This document shows positions 9,423-22,465 of a stretch of DNA of 64,000 nucleotides, piece after piece. The notes beneath the pieces were generated by a model. The model did no database searches, was not told the DNA's origin, and saw only the letters and a list, made by a program, of their open reading frames with translations. The DNA comes from Leucoraja ocellata (taxonomy: Eukaryota), in contig JAWMAR010000309.1 in NCBI GenBank assembly GCA_036785375.1, positions 1 through 64,000 on the forward strand, written 5' to 3'. Both the position numbers and the translations under genes were made by a program. Position 1 is the first letter of the stretch. Every line of letters begins with the position of its first letter.

Positions 9423-12400
9423 CATATGACAATTAAGCTCTCTTGATGAAGAAATGAGCATGAATTCAATTGTGAATAATGTGGGTTTGGCCCACTGTTT
9501 AAAACATGAGATGTGTTAAATATTCACACGTGGAGGGGGCAGGGGGGGCTATGCGAGATCCTAATAAATATTTTGATTGCTGCCCATTTGTTTCCACCTT
9601 AGTGTGTGCTTGGAACTTGCACAAGTCACGATTCTGCTCCTTATTAGTTATATCCATTACTATGTGGAATTGTGAATTTGGTCTCTGGAGACGTGCATGT
9701 CATTTGGGTTGGCTGCTTGCTTTAATCGATCTTCCATTTCTCACTAATGAGAAGGTCTAATTATACATTTTGATGCTACGCGCCTGCCAGCTCCATTTTG
9801 CTGTGCAGTGCGGTGGAAGGGAGATTCGGGACCACTTTTAGGTAACAGCTGTCACACAGCTGTCGAAGTAATATTAAAGGCTCTTTTATCTGCTTTACTT
9901 GGAAGTCTTGCTCTTCATCAACTAAGACAAACCACCATCAAACTGCCTCCTTTAGTTACAGCATGCAAACGACCTACCACACGTGACATTGTTGGCTCAT
10001 AGAACACAGTGCAGTATAGGAACGGGCCCTTCGGCCCACAGTGTTTGTGCTGAACGTGATGCCAAGTTAGACTGATCTCATCTGCCAGTGCATGATTCAT
10101 ATTCCTCTATTCCCTTCATTTCCATGTAATCTATTAATAAACCTCTTAAATACCACTATGGTATCTGTCTCCACCACCACCCCAGGCCCCCTCCACTCTC
10201 AATGCAAAAACAAACTTACACATTTCCATTAAACGTTCCCCCTCTTCCCAACAATGAACAGGCTCTTGAACACTACACAACACTAACATCAGTTAAACTA
10301 CCGATTGTCTTTGGTTGTAATAAGAACTTTGGGCTTTTTAGCATTAATATTGTGATTATTACCTTATTGAAGTTTTGTTTTTTATACATTACCTACATGT
10401 ATTGTGTTTACAGGCCTGTTGTGTTGCTGCAAATAAGTACTGTCAGTAAATATAACAATTAAACACAGCCATCAATGGACCATTGTGGGCTCCTTGGCCA
10501 TCGGTGCAGGCTCTGATTTGTTCTGCACCTTTCCATTCCTCTAGTTTCCCTCTCCGTTGTCTCTGTCTGAAGAAGGGTCTCGACCTGAAACGTCACCAGT
10601 TCCTTTCTCCAGAGACGCTGTTTGACTCACTGAGTTACTCCAGCATTTTGTGTCTATTTTTAGTGTAAACCATCATCTGCATCATCCTTCCTACCAAGTT
10701 GGAATATCACCAAAACCTTTGGCATTTGATTCAGTAATCAACCATCTGTATGTGAGCTAGAGAGTGCGTTAACTTAGATTCAAGGAGCTGCAGATGCTGG
10801 TTTACAAAAAAAGACATGGTTTCAAGGTCAATCTATTGTTACATGTACCAATCAAGGTACATTGACTTTCCAATGACCATACAGCCATACTTAAAAAAAG
10901 ACACACAACTACATAAAAATTAACTTAAACATCGACCAAAGCAGATTCCTGGCTGTGATGGAAGGCAGAAAAGTTCATCTTCTTCCTCTTTTATTCTCCC
11001 GTGGATGGGCCAGTCGAACCATCCGCAGTCGGGGCGATCGAAGGACCTGCGACTTGGGAGCTCCCAAAAGTTGGTCTCTAACTAGATACCGCGAGCTCGG
11101 TGATGTTCAAGTCCGCAGGCACCCACAGTTGCATCCTGTGCTACACTGTTCTATGTTCTACATACCAGGTTGTCAGTAAAGCAAGTACTGATGTACATTG
11201 GAGGTGCGATTTTTGTGCTGAAGGTAATTAGTTTAGAGATACAGCGTGGATGCAGGTCCTTCGGCCCATTGAGTCCACACCGACCATCGATCACCCACTC
11301 GCACTAGTTCAATGCTATCTCACTTCATTGGAGGGGCATCTGTGAAGACAATCACGAGCTGGAAACATATCCTGTGGTGCTCTTTTACAAGGGTGACACA
11401 GTGCTGCAGCGGTAGAGAACCCAGAGACCCGGGTTTGATCCTAACTACGGGTTCTGACCTATACGGAGTTTTACCTTCTCCCTGTGACCGCCTGGGTTTT
11501 CCCTGGGTGCTCCGATCCCCCCCCCCCCCCCCCCCCCCACATTAAACAGGCCTACAGATTTGTAGATTAAATGGCTTTTGGTAAAGATTTACAAATTGTC
11601 CCTTGTGTGTAGGATAGTGCTGTGTACGGGGTGATCCCTGGTCAGCGTGGGCCGAAGGGCCTATTTCCGTGATGTATCTGTAAACTAATCTAGTGTATGG
11701 GGCGACGGATGGTGGGTGTGGAATCAGTGGGTTGAAAGGCCTATCCCTGCAATGTATCTGTGAACTAGACCAAACAGGCCCATGAAGTATATGGAGGATG
11801 GGTCGGCAAACTATCCCGACGGAGAAAAGCAACTAGTTAATTGTAGTAACAGTCACAATGCAGTCACTGCAACGATCGAGAAACAAGATGAAAGAGAAGC
11901 GGGGAAGGATGTTCTGCAGCAAGGTCATCTCGTGTCAGTCAGATGATGCTGTTGTACTGTGCAAAATAAGTCGTGGGAAAGAATCTGATGACTACAGAGC
12001 TTCGGCTGTTTCCTGCACTGAATGGGGTGAATTGAGGTCGGGCTGGAATGTAGAGACAACTCAAGGAGCTCAGACGTCCCATGAGTGATGGTTTGTTAGA
12101 TCTGGACGTGTAGACGTCAGCTCCCTGCGTGTGACCAAAGGGAAGGACAGAGAGAAGGCAAAGCCTGTCTAGCTTCAGCTTGAATGTTTACCAGGAGTTT
12201 ATTCCTTGGAGTGCAGGAGGATCAGGGTTGATCCTATAGCATTGTATAAGATCATGAGGGGAATAGATAAGGTAACTGCACATGGCTATGTAGGGAACGG
12301 AGGGATATGGATCACGTGTAGGCAGAGGAGATTAGTTTATCAGCATCATGTTCAGCATGGACATTGTGGGTCAAAGGGCCTGTGCTGTGCTGTTCTATGT

Positions 12401-12494
12401 AGGTCTGAGGCAAAGAAAAAGACAATAAGCTAAGGAATAAAACCGAAGCAGAAACTATGGGAAAGGAAAAAAAACTTGTGACTTTTTTTAGATT

Positions 12495-12930
12495 TCAGAG
12501 TAGATTTACAAGGATGTTGCCAGGACTTGAAGGCCTGAGCTCCAAGAAGAGGTTGGGCAGGATAGGAATTTATTCCTTGGGGTGTGGGAAGCTGAGGAGT
12601 GATCTTATAAAATCACAAGGAGAATATATAAGAGAATGTACTGAGTGTTTTACCAAGAGCAAGGAAATTGAGAACCAGAGGATATAGGTTTAAGGTGAGG
12701 GGGAAAAGATTTAATAGGAACCAAAGGGGCAACATTTTCCACACAAAAGGTGGTAGCTATATGTGGAACGAGCTGCCAGAGGAGGTAGTTGAGGCAGGTA
12801 ATATAACAGTATTTAAAAGGTATTTGAATAGGTACATGGGTTTGTATATGTTTAGAGGGATATGGGCCAAACACAAGCAGGTGGGACTAGTGTAGATAGG
12901 GCATCTTGGTTGGCATGTTGCAAGTTGGGC
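12495..12930 (+). mobile_element. CR1-type LINE 3' fragment (older subfamily)
   Basis: Decayed FTRMLPGLEGLS..RLGRIGIYSL / RTRGYRFKVRGKRF..WNELPEEVVEAG motifs. Confidence 0.85.
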
Positions 12931-13334
12931 CTTATGCCCTGGATTGCTATGTCAGGGTCCATGATGGTGAAAGAACAGAGACACGAGGATGAGGAGCCTC
13001 ACGAAGGAATTAAAGAAGAAAAATATTTTAGATTTATGGTGTTTAGTAACTTAAAGTGTGACTGGAAGTGCTGTTGTAGTTAATAAGTATTATTAGCCTC
13101 ATATGATGTCCAGACTGCAGTCGATCTTCAGATGATATGTTATACAACATATTTATGGTTACACATAAACCAACAATTGTGCTCCAGGAAGCAAGATGAG
13201 AAGGAAAGTGGACTTGGGGGAAGTAAGGTATTGGAATTATCTCTATTTGCAATGGGTACTTAGAGATTTGAAGTTTAGCTAGTAGGTTAGAATATGGAGA
13301 TATCTGAAGATGGTTCAGGCCTAGTTAATAACTA

Positions 13335-13900
13335 GGGACAGAGTCCCCTGAATCCTCACCTCACACCCTATCGCCTGTTGCATACAGCACATGATCTCTG
13401 CCATTTTCGCCACCTCCAATGGGATCCCACCACGAGCCACATCCTTCCATCTCCACCCCATTCCACTTTCTGCAGACACCGTTCCCTCCGCAGCTCCCTG
13501 GTTAACTCGTCCCTTCCCTTCCAAACCACCCCCTCCCCAGGTACTTTCCCCTGCAACCGCAGGAGATGCCTCGCCTATCCCTATACCTCCACCCTCGCCT
13601 CCATCCAGGGACCCCGACAGTCCTTTCAGGTGAGGCATAGGTTCACTTGCCCCTCCTCCAACCTCATCTACTGTATCCATTGTGGGCTCCCGCTCTCCTG
13701 GGCATCGGTGCCGACTCTGATTTGTTCTGAACCTTTTCATACCTCTAGTTTCCCTCCCCCCTGACTCTGTCTGAAGAAGGGTCTTCACCCAAAACATCAC
13801 CAATTCCTTTTCTCCAGAGATTCTGTCTGACCCGCTCAGTTACTCAAGCGCTTTGTGTTTACCTTTGGTATAAACCAGCATCTGTAGTTCCTTCCTACGC
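13335..13900 (+). mobile_element. Penelope-like element fragment (RT-to-GIY-YIG linker) followed by PLE terminal repeat
   Basis: FRHLQWDPTTSHILPSPP...GTFPCNRRRC...FTCPSSNLIYCIHC is typical of the PLE linker and the start of the GIY-YIG domain. The repeat with a degenerate core ctgaagaagggtcttcacccaaaacatc follows at ~13771. Confidence 0.85.
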
Positions 13901-14134
13901 AACCACAAATATGTTTGGTCTCCGGGCCCTAAACAGGAGAATGCTAGAACCATGTGATATATGGATATCTGCAGCAACTTTCCCTTGCATGTGTTTCCCT
14001 TTCATCGTTATGTTCCCTGCAGATTTCAATATCTGTGGGCTTCATGAAATCTATCAAAGTCTTCTTAATCATCTTCAGATTGCACCATCTTTATCATAAA
14101 GTTGAGGCTACAACAACTGAACAATTCCACTGTC

Positions 14135-14440
14135 GCCAGGTGTACGGTGCAGACCATGTGGACTGGTTGCATCGTGGCCAGGTCCGGTAACTCAAATGCC
14201 CAGGAATAACAGTGGTGGACACTGCCTGGTCCATCAGGGGTACAGACATCCCCACCTCTGAAGGGATCTACCGGAGGTGCTGCCTCAAAGGTAGCCAGCA
14301 TCATCAGAGACCCGTACCACCCTGGCCACACTCTCCTTTCACTCCTACCAATGGGAAGAAGGCACAAGAGTCTGAAAACCGTGTCCACCAGGTTCAAGAA
14401 CAGCTTCTTCCCAGCAACCGCGAGGCTCTTGAACATTATC
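14135..14440 (+). mobile_element. Rex1/Babar-type 3' remnant
   Basis: GIYRRCCLK...HP..LLPMGRR..LKT..TRFKNSFFP motifs across frames. Confidence 0.75.
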
Positions 14441-15603
14441 AGCATAGGAAAGGTTTAGAGGTGATATTGGGCAAATGGGACTAGCTTGGATGGGGCATCG
14501 TGGTCAGCAAGTGTCTTTGGTTACACAGTGGACTTCAATTTTGCTCTATTCAGTTCTGCTTCCACTTTTCCTACACACCAGGGGCAAATTCCCATAAACC
14601 AATTAACCTACAAACCCGCACGTCTTTGCTATGTGGGAGGAAACCGGAGCATCCTGAGGCAGTGGCTCTACTAGCTGCGCCACTGTGCCGCCCCACTTGA
14701 TACTGGGTTGACTCCCATTACAAATCGCATCCAAATATTCTCATTTAATTTGACCGAACTGTACCAGTTCTCAGCTGATGAACTTGGCAGCCACACAGCA
14801 CGATTCAACCTTCTCTCTCTCACAACAACAGGAAAGCATGAAAGAATCTCTAAATGCCGCCCACTTCATGGAAACCATGTCTCCTCCGCACTACCCAGTG
14901 CAGAGGCCTCATGTTCAAAGTATGATGGGCACTTCAGTTAGCCGTCAACGCAGATAACTGGCAAGAGGTTTAGTACCAACGACTATTTCCTTCATTGAAA
15001 TTTGGGCGACTAATCCACTTTCCCACAATCTAGTTTCTCACAAATCCAACAAACCCGTGTCTACAAAGCAACCAAATGGATTAACATGTGACAACGTTGT
15101 TCATAAGCAGACAGACGTTTAGTGGGTGTCAAGCGGTAGATTAATTTTAGCTTCAATCCAAAGCAAAAGCAATCAAATAAAACCAAAAAGTCAAATATAT
15201 GCACAATTTAGCGTCTCCTCATTAAATGTGGGTTTGCGTTTGTTTTTGAGCATAGCTGAGATTGATTCAGCGAACTTTAGCTTTGTATCACTCTCTTCTT
15301 TTGGAAGTGACCCATTTCTAGTAATCAGATCACAGATAATAGTTTTGTTTAGAGAAACAGTGTAGAAACAGGCCCTTCAGCCCACCGAGTCCATACCGGC
15401 AATCAATCACCCAGTCACACTAGCTCTGTTATCTCTCTTTCTCATCCGCTCCTTACTCACTGGGGGCAATTTACAGAGGGCCGTTTAATCTACAAACCCG
15501 CACTTCTTTGGGATGTGGGTGGAAGCTGGAGCACCTGGAGAAACCCACTTGACCACAGGGATAACATGTAACCTCCACACACTGACAGCACCCGAGGGCA
15601 CGA

Positions 15604-16100
15604 ACATAGAAACATAGAAAAAAGGCGCAGGAGTAGGCCATTCGGTCCTTTGAGCCTGCACCGCCATTCAATACGATCATGACTGATCATCCAACTCAGT
15701 ATCCTGTACCTGTCTTCTCTCCATACCCCTTGATTCCTTTGCCACAAGGGCCACATCTAACTCCTTCTTAAATATACCCAATGAACAGGCCTCAACTACC
15801 TTCTGTGGCAAAGAATTCCACAGATTCACCACTCTCTGTGTGAAAAATGTTTTTCTCATCTTGGTCCTAATTCCCCCTTGTCCTTAAACTGTGACCCCTT
15901 GTTCTGAACTTCCCCAACATTGGGAACAATCTTCCTGCATCTAGCCTGTCCAACCCCTTAAGAATTTTGTAAGTTTCAATAAGATCCCCCCTCAATCTTC
16001 TAAATTCCATCGAGTACAAGCCGAGTCGATCCAGTCTTTCTTCATATGAAAGTCCTGCCATCCAGGAGTCAGTCTGGTGAACCTTCTCTGTACTCCCTCT
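15604..16100 (-). mobile_element. Young CR1-type LINE 3' fragment
   Basis: MAGLSYEERLDRLGLYSMEFRRLRGDLIETYKILKGLD...FFTQRVVNLWNSLPQKVVEA, with (CTATGTTT)n tail. Interrupts a V-SINE. Confidence 0.9.
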
Positions 16101-17444
16101 ATGGGGAACCCTCTCTGTACTCCCTCCATGATCGAATCCTGCATGGTGGTGCAGTTGCTGCCTCTCAGTGCCAGATACCCACGTTCGATCCTGACGATGG
16201 GGGCTGTCTCTGCGGAGTTGTACGTTCTCCCCATGAGCACATGGGTTTACTCCGGGTGCTCCAGTTCCCTTAATGGTCCAAAGACGTGCAGGTTTGTAGG
16301 TGAATTAACTTTGGTTAAAATAGTGAATTGTCCCTAGTGTGTAGAATAGCATGTGTACGGGGATCGCTGGTCAGCAAGGACTCAATGGGCTGAAGTTCCT
16401 GTTTCTATGCTGAACTAAACCCGAGGCTCTGGCACTGTGAGGCAGCAGATCTAGCAGTTGTGTCACTGTGCCTCTCACTTAGTGGGATTAAAACGTGAAA
16501 TAAATAATGGGCACCTTGTATTTATGCCTACAATATTCTGTTGTGCTGCAGCAATCAAGAATTTCATTGTCCTATCTGGGACACATGACAATAAACTCAC
16601 TTGACTTGACTTGAGATCAATAATGTGCATGTTACCTAAATATACTATTACATTTTAGTTTTTTTAGTTTAGAGATACTGCCCCGAAACAGGCCCTTCGG
16701 CTCACATAGTCCGTGCTGATTGGTGATCCTAGCACTAGCATACACACTAGGGACAATTTGCGATTCTTACTGAAGACAATTAACCTACAAACCTGCATGT
16801 CTTTGGTGTGGGAGGAAACCGAAGCACACGGAGAAAAATCACACAGTCACGGGGGGAACGTACAAACTCCGTACAGACAGTACCCATGGTCAGGATCGAA
16901 CCCGGGTCTCTGGCCCTGTAAAGCAGCAACTCTATCATTGCGGCACCATGCCGCCTGTAATTGCAGTTATTGCTGAGGGACTTTCTGCAGTCCAGCTGTT
17001 AACATTCCTGACTGATAGCATTCCCACCAAGCAGCTACTTGGGAGCATGAATTAATGAATCGCAGAGACTTTCTCCAGACTGATATCTCATCGGATCATT
17101 TCCTTCTGATTCATCATCCCACAATGAGTCAGACATCAATGTCAATGAGCCCACAGGCACAAACGTCATGTCTTTAAATAAACAGGCCATTGCTGATACA
17201 CAATAGCTAGGCTTGTGATAGGATTAATTCCCCCTCTTATCCAATTACCTCTGTTACTCCAACCATTGGGAAGAAGATACAACAGTCTGAAAATTGTGAC
17301 TACCTGGCTTTAGAACATAAAACACTAAAGCACAGAAACGGGCCCCTTTGTCCCACAATTTTTCTGCTGAATATGATCCAAATGATCATCTGGTCAAAAA
17401 GGGTTTTGGCACATTGATCTTCATCAGTCAGAGTATTGAGTATA

Positions 17445-17659
17445 GAATGTGTAGAAAGGAACTGCAGGTGCTGGTATACACCAAAGATAGACATAAAATG
17501 CTGGAGTAACCCGGCAGGTCAGGCAGCATCTCTGGAGAAAAAGGATAGGTGACGTTTTGGGCCAGTGTCTGAAGAATGATCCTGACCCAAAATGTCATCC
17601 GTCCTTTTTCTCCGAAGATGCTGCTGGACCCGCTGAATTACTCCAGCACTGTGTGTTTA
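17445..17659. mobile_element. PLE-derived fold-back mini-element with 11-bp TSD
   Basis: Two inverted copies of the PLE repeat. TATTGAGTATA is at 17434-17444 and 17660-17670. Confidence 0.75.
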
Positions 17660-17670
17660 TATTGAGTATA

Positions 17671-18245
17671 AGTTCGGATGTCACGCTGCGGTTATGTAAG
17701 GCGTGGTGAGGCCACATTTAGAGCGTTGTGTTCAATTTTGTTCACCATGTTATAGGAAAGATGGTGTCAAGCTGGAAAGGGCGCAGAGAAGATTTGCGAG
17801 AATGTTGCCAAGCCCCAAGGGCGTGAGGTATAGGGAGAGATTGAGCAAGCAAGGACTATTCCTTGGAGCGCAGGACAATGAGGGGCGATCTAATAAAGGT
17901 GTATACAATTATGAGAGGAATAGATCAGATAGGCGCACAGAGTCTCGTGCCCAGAGTAAGGGAAATCAAGAAGCAAAGGACATGGGTTTAAAGTGAGGGG
18001 GGAGAGATTAAATAGGAACATGAGGGTTAACTGTTTTTACACAAAGGTGTATGGAACTGCCGGAGGAGGTAGTTGAGGCAGGTACTATTGCAATGTTTAA
18101 GAAACATTTGGATTAAAAAGGATAGGACAGATTTAGAGGGGTATATGGGCCAGACGCAGGCAGGTGTGATTAATGTAGAAGGGGCATGTTGGTTGGTGTG
18201 GGCAAGTTGGGCCAAATGGCTTGTTTCCGCGCTGTATGACTACGA
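17671..18245 (+). mobile_element. CR1-type LINE 3' fragment
   Basis: VRPHLERCVQFCSPCYRKDGVKLERAQRRFARML followed by CR1 3'UTR. Confidence 0.85.
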
Positions 18246-18780
18246 CTCATCTGCCAGTACATGATCCATATCCCTCTATGACTTGCACTGTCTGAAAACC
18301 TCTAACACATCGTATCTGCCTCCTCCACCACCCCCGGCAGCACGTTCCAGGTCCCCACGGCTCTGTTAAAAAAAAAAAAAACTTGCCCCATATATCTTCA
18401 TGAAACTTTCCACTCTCGCCTTATAGCTATGTCCTCTAGCGTTGGATATTACTACCTTAGAAAAAAGCTTTTGACGGTCTACCCTATTGATGTCTCTCAT
18501 CATTTTGCATACTTCTATCGTCTCCCCTCAACCTCTGATGTTCCAGAGGAACCAACCCAAGTTAGTCCAACCTCTCCGTTCAGCTGCAACATTCTGGTAA
18601 ACCTCCTCTGCACCCTCTCCAAAGCCTCGACATCATTTCTTGTGATGGTGTGGGGGGGGGGGGGGGCTTTCTCCCCCCTCCCCCACTATAATCGCGGTGG
18701 GGGGGAAAGGTCCAGACCTGAAACGTTGTCTGTCCTTCAACAGATGCTGCCAGACCTGCTGAGTTCTTCCAACACTTCCA

Positions 18781-19112
18781 TTGTTCCCGATGTTGGGGAA
18801 GTCCAGGACAAGGGGTCACAGCTTAAGGATAAGGGGGAAATCCTTTAAAACCGAGATGAGAAGAACTTTTTTCACACAGAGAGTGGTGAATCTCTGGAAC
18901 TCTCTGCCACAGAGGGTAGTTGAGGCCAGTTCATTGGCTATATTTAAGAGGGAGTTAGATGTGGCCCTTGTGGCTAAGGGGATCAGGGGGCATGGAGAGA
19001 AGGCAGGTACGGGATACTGAGTTGGATGATCAGCCATGATCATATTGAATGGCGGTGCAGGCTCGAAGGGCCTAATGGCCTACTCCTGCACCTAATTTCT
19101 ATGTTTCTATGT
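18781..19112 (+). mobile_element. Young CR1-type LINE 3' fragment
   Basis: FPMLGKSRTRGHSLRIRGKSFKTEMRRTFFTQRVVNLWNSLP, with tail ttctatgtttctatgt. Confidence 0.9.
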
Positions 19113-19529
19113 AACACATTATGTTTTATCATGATTCCAGCACCTGCAGTTCCTTGTGGCTAAATCAAAGTGGTTTTCTCCTGCCAACTTTTCGAACTTG
19201 TTCAGAAAGTGCCCCAGCATGTAACAATAGCTGTTGCAGATCAAAGTTTAATAATTAAACTCTAATCATGTTATGCATACAGTGGAAGATCTGACTTCAT
19301 TAAAGCAAATAGTTTTCATCTGTAAGCCAAGCTGGCCTCTAAGTTAAGCTGTCATGAACAGCTTTGACAGTGCTAGAGTCACTAGTCTTTGAAATGAATA
19401 TAAGGAAGCAAATCAAAGAGTGATTTGGCTGGGAATCAGGGATAAGAGGCTCATCATCCAAGAAGTTTCACAGACTAATGCTGGGTTGGTTTGTATACCC
19501 AGCATTGACAAAAGGATGAGATGCATATG

Positions 19530-19826
19530 GGTGGCACAGTGGCGCAGCGCTATAGTTGCCGCCTTACAGCGCCAGAGACCCAGGTTTAATCCTAACTACG
19601 GGTGCTGTCTATACAGAGTTTGTATGTTTCCCCCAGTGACTGCGTGGGTTTTCCCCAGGTGTTCCGGTTTCCTTCCACACTCCAAAGATGTACAGGTTTG
19701 TAAGTTAATTGGCTTCGGTAAAAATTGTACATTGTCCCTGGTGTGTAGGATAGTGCTAGTGTACAGGGATCACTGGTCGGCATGGACTCGGTGGGTCGAA
19801 GGGCCTGTTTCTGGGCTGTATCTCTA
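19530..19826 (+). mobile_element. HE1-like V-SINE, near full length
   Basis: ggcacagtggcgcagc head, V-domain, tail gggtcgaagggcctgtttctgggctgtatct. Confidence 0.85.
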
Positions 19827-21629
19827 GACCATAGACAAAGTAGGCAGTCAGTGCCTTTCTCTAGGATGGAGATGTCCAACACTAGAGGGCGTAGCTTTGA
19901 GGTGTGAGGGGCAAAGTTGAAAGGCGATATGCGGGGCAAGTTTTTTTTTACACAGAGGGTGGGGGGGTGCCTGGAACACACTGCCATGGGTGATGGTGGA
20001 GGCTGATATGAAAGTGGTATTGTAGAGACTCTTAGATAGGCACACAGATATGCATGGAATGGATGGATATGGATCACATGCAGGCAGAGGAGATTTGTTC
20101 TATCGGGAAAATGAAACTAAGCTTAGATGAGGCATTTTGGTCGGCATGGGCAAGGCGGGCTGAAGGGCTCATTTCCATGCCGTCTGGCTCTTTGAATTTG
20201 GTGTTCATGCCAGCATGTTGAAGGCAACCCAAGCGGAAGATGAGGTACGGTTCTTTCAGTAGACAGAGCAATGTGTGAAGTAATCACTATTAATAGAAAA
20301 CTGCTCAAAATCTTTCAACAATTTAATGGGAGAATCTATTGAAGTAGGCCACCAATCACATGAAGACGGCTTTATCTCAAGATCTAATTCAATAAGTCAA
20401 TGGAAAAAATAGTTTTAATATAGAATTCCGGATGCCTCAAGCACTTTACAGTCAATGAAGAACTTTTAGAAGTATAGTCCCTGTTGCAATTTAGGAAATT
20501 AGCTTTATTTGTCCTTTTTAACCTCATAACGTTTAATTCAATGCATTGATCATATGTAGCAACACTTTATGATTGGATCGCACATTGGCTTTGAGATGTC
20601 CCAAGTGTTTCATAGAACAGTAGAGCATAGGAAGAGGCCCTTCGGCCCACAATGTCTGCTTAACATGATGCCAAGTTAATCTTCTGAGGCTGTACCCTCT
20701 GGTCCTCGACTCTCCTACTATTCGAAACATCTGCTCCACATCCACTCTGTCCAGACCTTTCAGTATCCGATAGGTTTCAATGAGTTGCCTCCTCATCCTC
20801 CTAATTTCCAGTGAGTACAGGCCCAGAGCCATTGAATGCTCATCATATGTTAACCCAATCTTGCGATCATTCTTGTAAACCACCTCTGGACCTTATCAGC
20901 CAACACATCCTTCCACAGACATGGGGCTGAAAACTGCTCACTGCACCTACAGTATCTAAAAGCCATTATCATATCTGCCTCTACCATCACCTTGGAATTA
21001 TGTTCCAAACACACACCACCCTCGGTGTAAAAAAAAGACATGTGCTGCACATTCCTTTAAACTTTGCCTTATCAACCTTAAAGCAATGTCCTCTAGTCTT
21101 TGATATTTCCGTCCTGGGGAAAATGGTTTTGACTGTCTGTCCTATCTGTGCCTCTGATAATTTTGTTTATCTATCTATGCCTCCCAATTTATAAACTTCT
21201 ATCAGGTCTCTGATGCTCTGGGGAAAGCAATCCGAGTCTCTGCTCATAACCCCTAATCCAGGCATCCTTGTAAATCTTTTCTGTGCCATTTGCAAACCCT
21301 CCACATCCTTTCTGTCAAGAGGTCACCAGAACTGTTTAATTGGCTCATGAGTCAAGAGTGTATAATTATCATATGTATTGAAAAACAGAAGAATGATATC
21401 CTTACTTGCAGAAGCATAACAGATCTATAAACACATTACACAATGAACAAAAAAGTTCAATCTTTTTTAAAAAAGCGATATTAGTGTAAAAATGCCCAAA
21501 GTCTCTTGTGCGAACAAGACAATTCATGGTGAGTCACCCGTCCTTTTTCTCCAGTCATGCTGTCCCACCTGCTGAGATACTGCAGCACGTTGTGCCTATC
21601 ATGGTTCATACTTTAGTTGGTGTTTGTAT

Positions 21630-21900
21630 TGTTCAAGAGCCTGATGGTTTTTGGGAAGAAGCTGTTCGTGAACCTGGAGGTCATGGTTTTCAGGCTCCTG
21701 TACCTTCTTCCCAAGTGAAAAGATAGGAATACAATGAAAGTGTTCCCAGGGTGGTGTGTGTCTTTGATGATGCTGGCTGCCTTTTTGAGGCAGCGCCTCC
21801 TGTAGATCCCTTTCGTGGTGGGGAAGTCAGTAACCATGATGGACCGTGCAGTGTTCACCACTCTCTGTAATCTCCCTCGTTCCTGTGCGTTCGAGTTGTC
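21630..21900 (-). mobile_element. Rex1/Babar-type 3' remnant
   Basis: VNTARSIMVTDFPTTKGIYRRRCLKKAASIIKDTHHPG...RRYRSLKTMTSRFTNSFFPKTIRLLN. Confidence 0.8.
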
Positions 21901-21969
21901 CTTGCTGGAATGGAAGGTGCTCCCAACTAAATACTGTTTGCCAGTAACTTCCTGTTCAGCTAAATGTCT

Positions 21970-22465
21970 TCAAAAGGATGTCACAAGTGGGAAAGGGCAC
22001 GGAGAAGATTTACGAGGACGTTGCCACGACTTGAGGGCTTGAGCTATGGGGAGAGGTTGAGCAGACTTGGACTTTACTCCTAGGAGTGCATGAAAAGACA
22101 GATGATCTTATATAGGTGTACAAAACCACGAGAGGGTAGATAAGGTAGATGCACAGATTCTCCTGTCCAGAGTAGGGGAATCAAGAACCAAAGGACAGGT
22201 TTAAGGTGAGGGGGGAAAGATTTAATAGGAACCTGAGGGGTACCTTTTTCACGTAAAGGGTGGTAGGTGCATGGAACGAGTTGCTGGAGGGGATAGTTGA
22301 GGCAGATACTATTGCAACGTTTAAGAAACATTTAGACAGGGAGATTGATAGGACAGGTTTATAGGGATATGGACCAAACGCAGGCAGGTGGGACTAGTGT
22401 AGATGGGGCATGTTGGCTGGTGTGGGCAGGTTAGTCTGAAGAGCCTGTTTCTTTGCTGTATGACT
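21970..22465 (+). mobile_element. CR1-type LINE 3' fragment
   Basis: Same older CR1 subfamily as 12495-12930 and 57425-57850. Confidence 0.8.

Noticed and set aside
9773-9841. Coding leader exon ending at the GTAACA donor
   Set aside because: The ATG frame stops at the boundary, and the phase-1 frame has no ATG.
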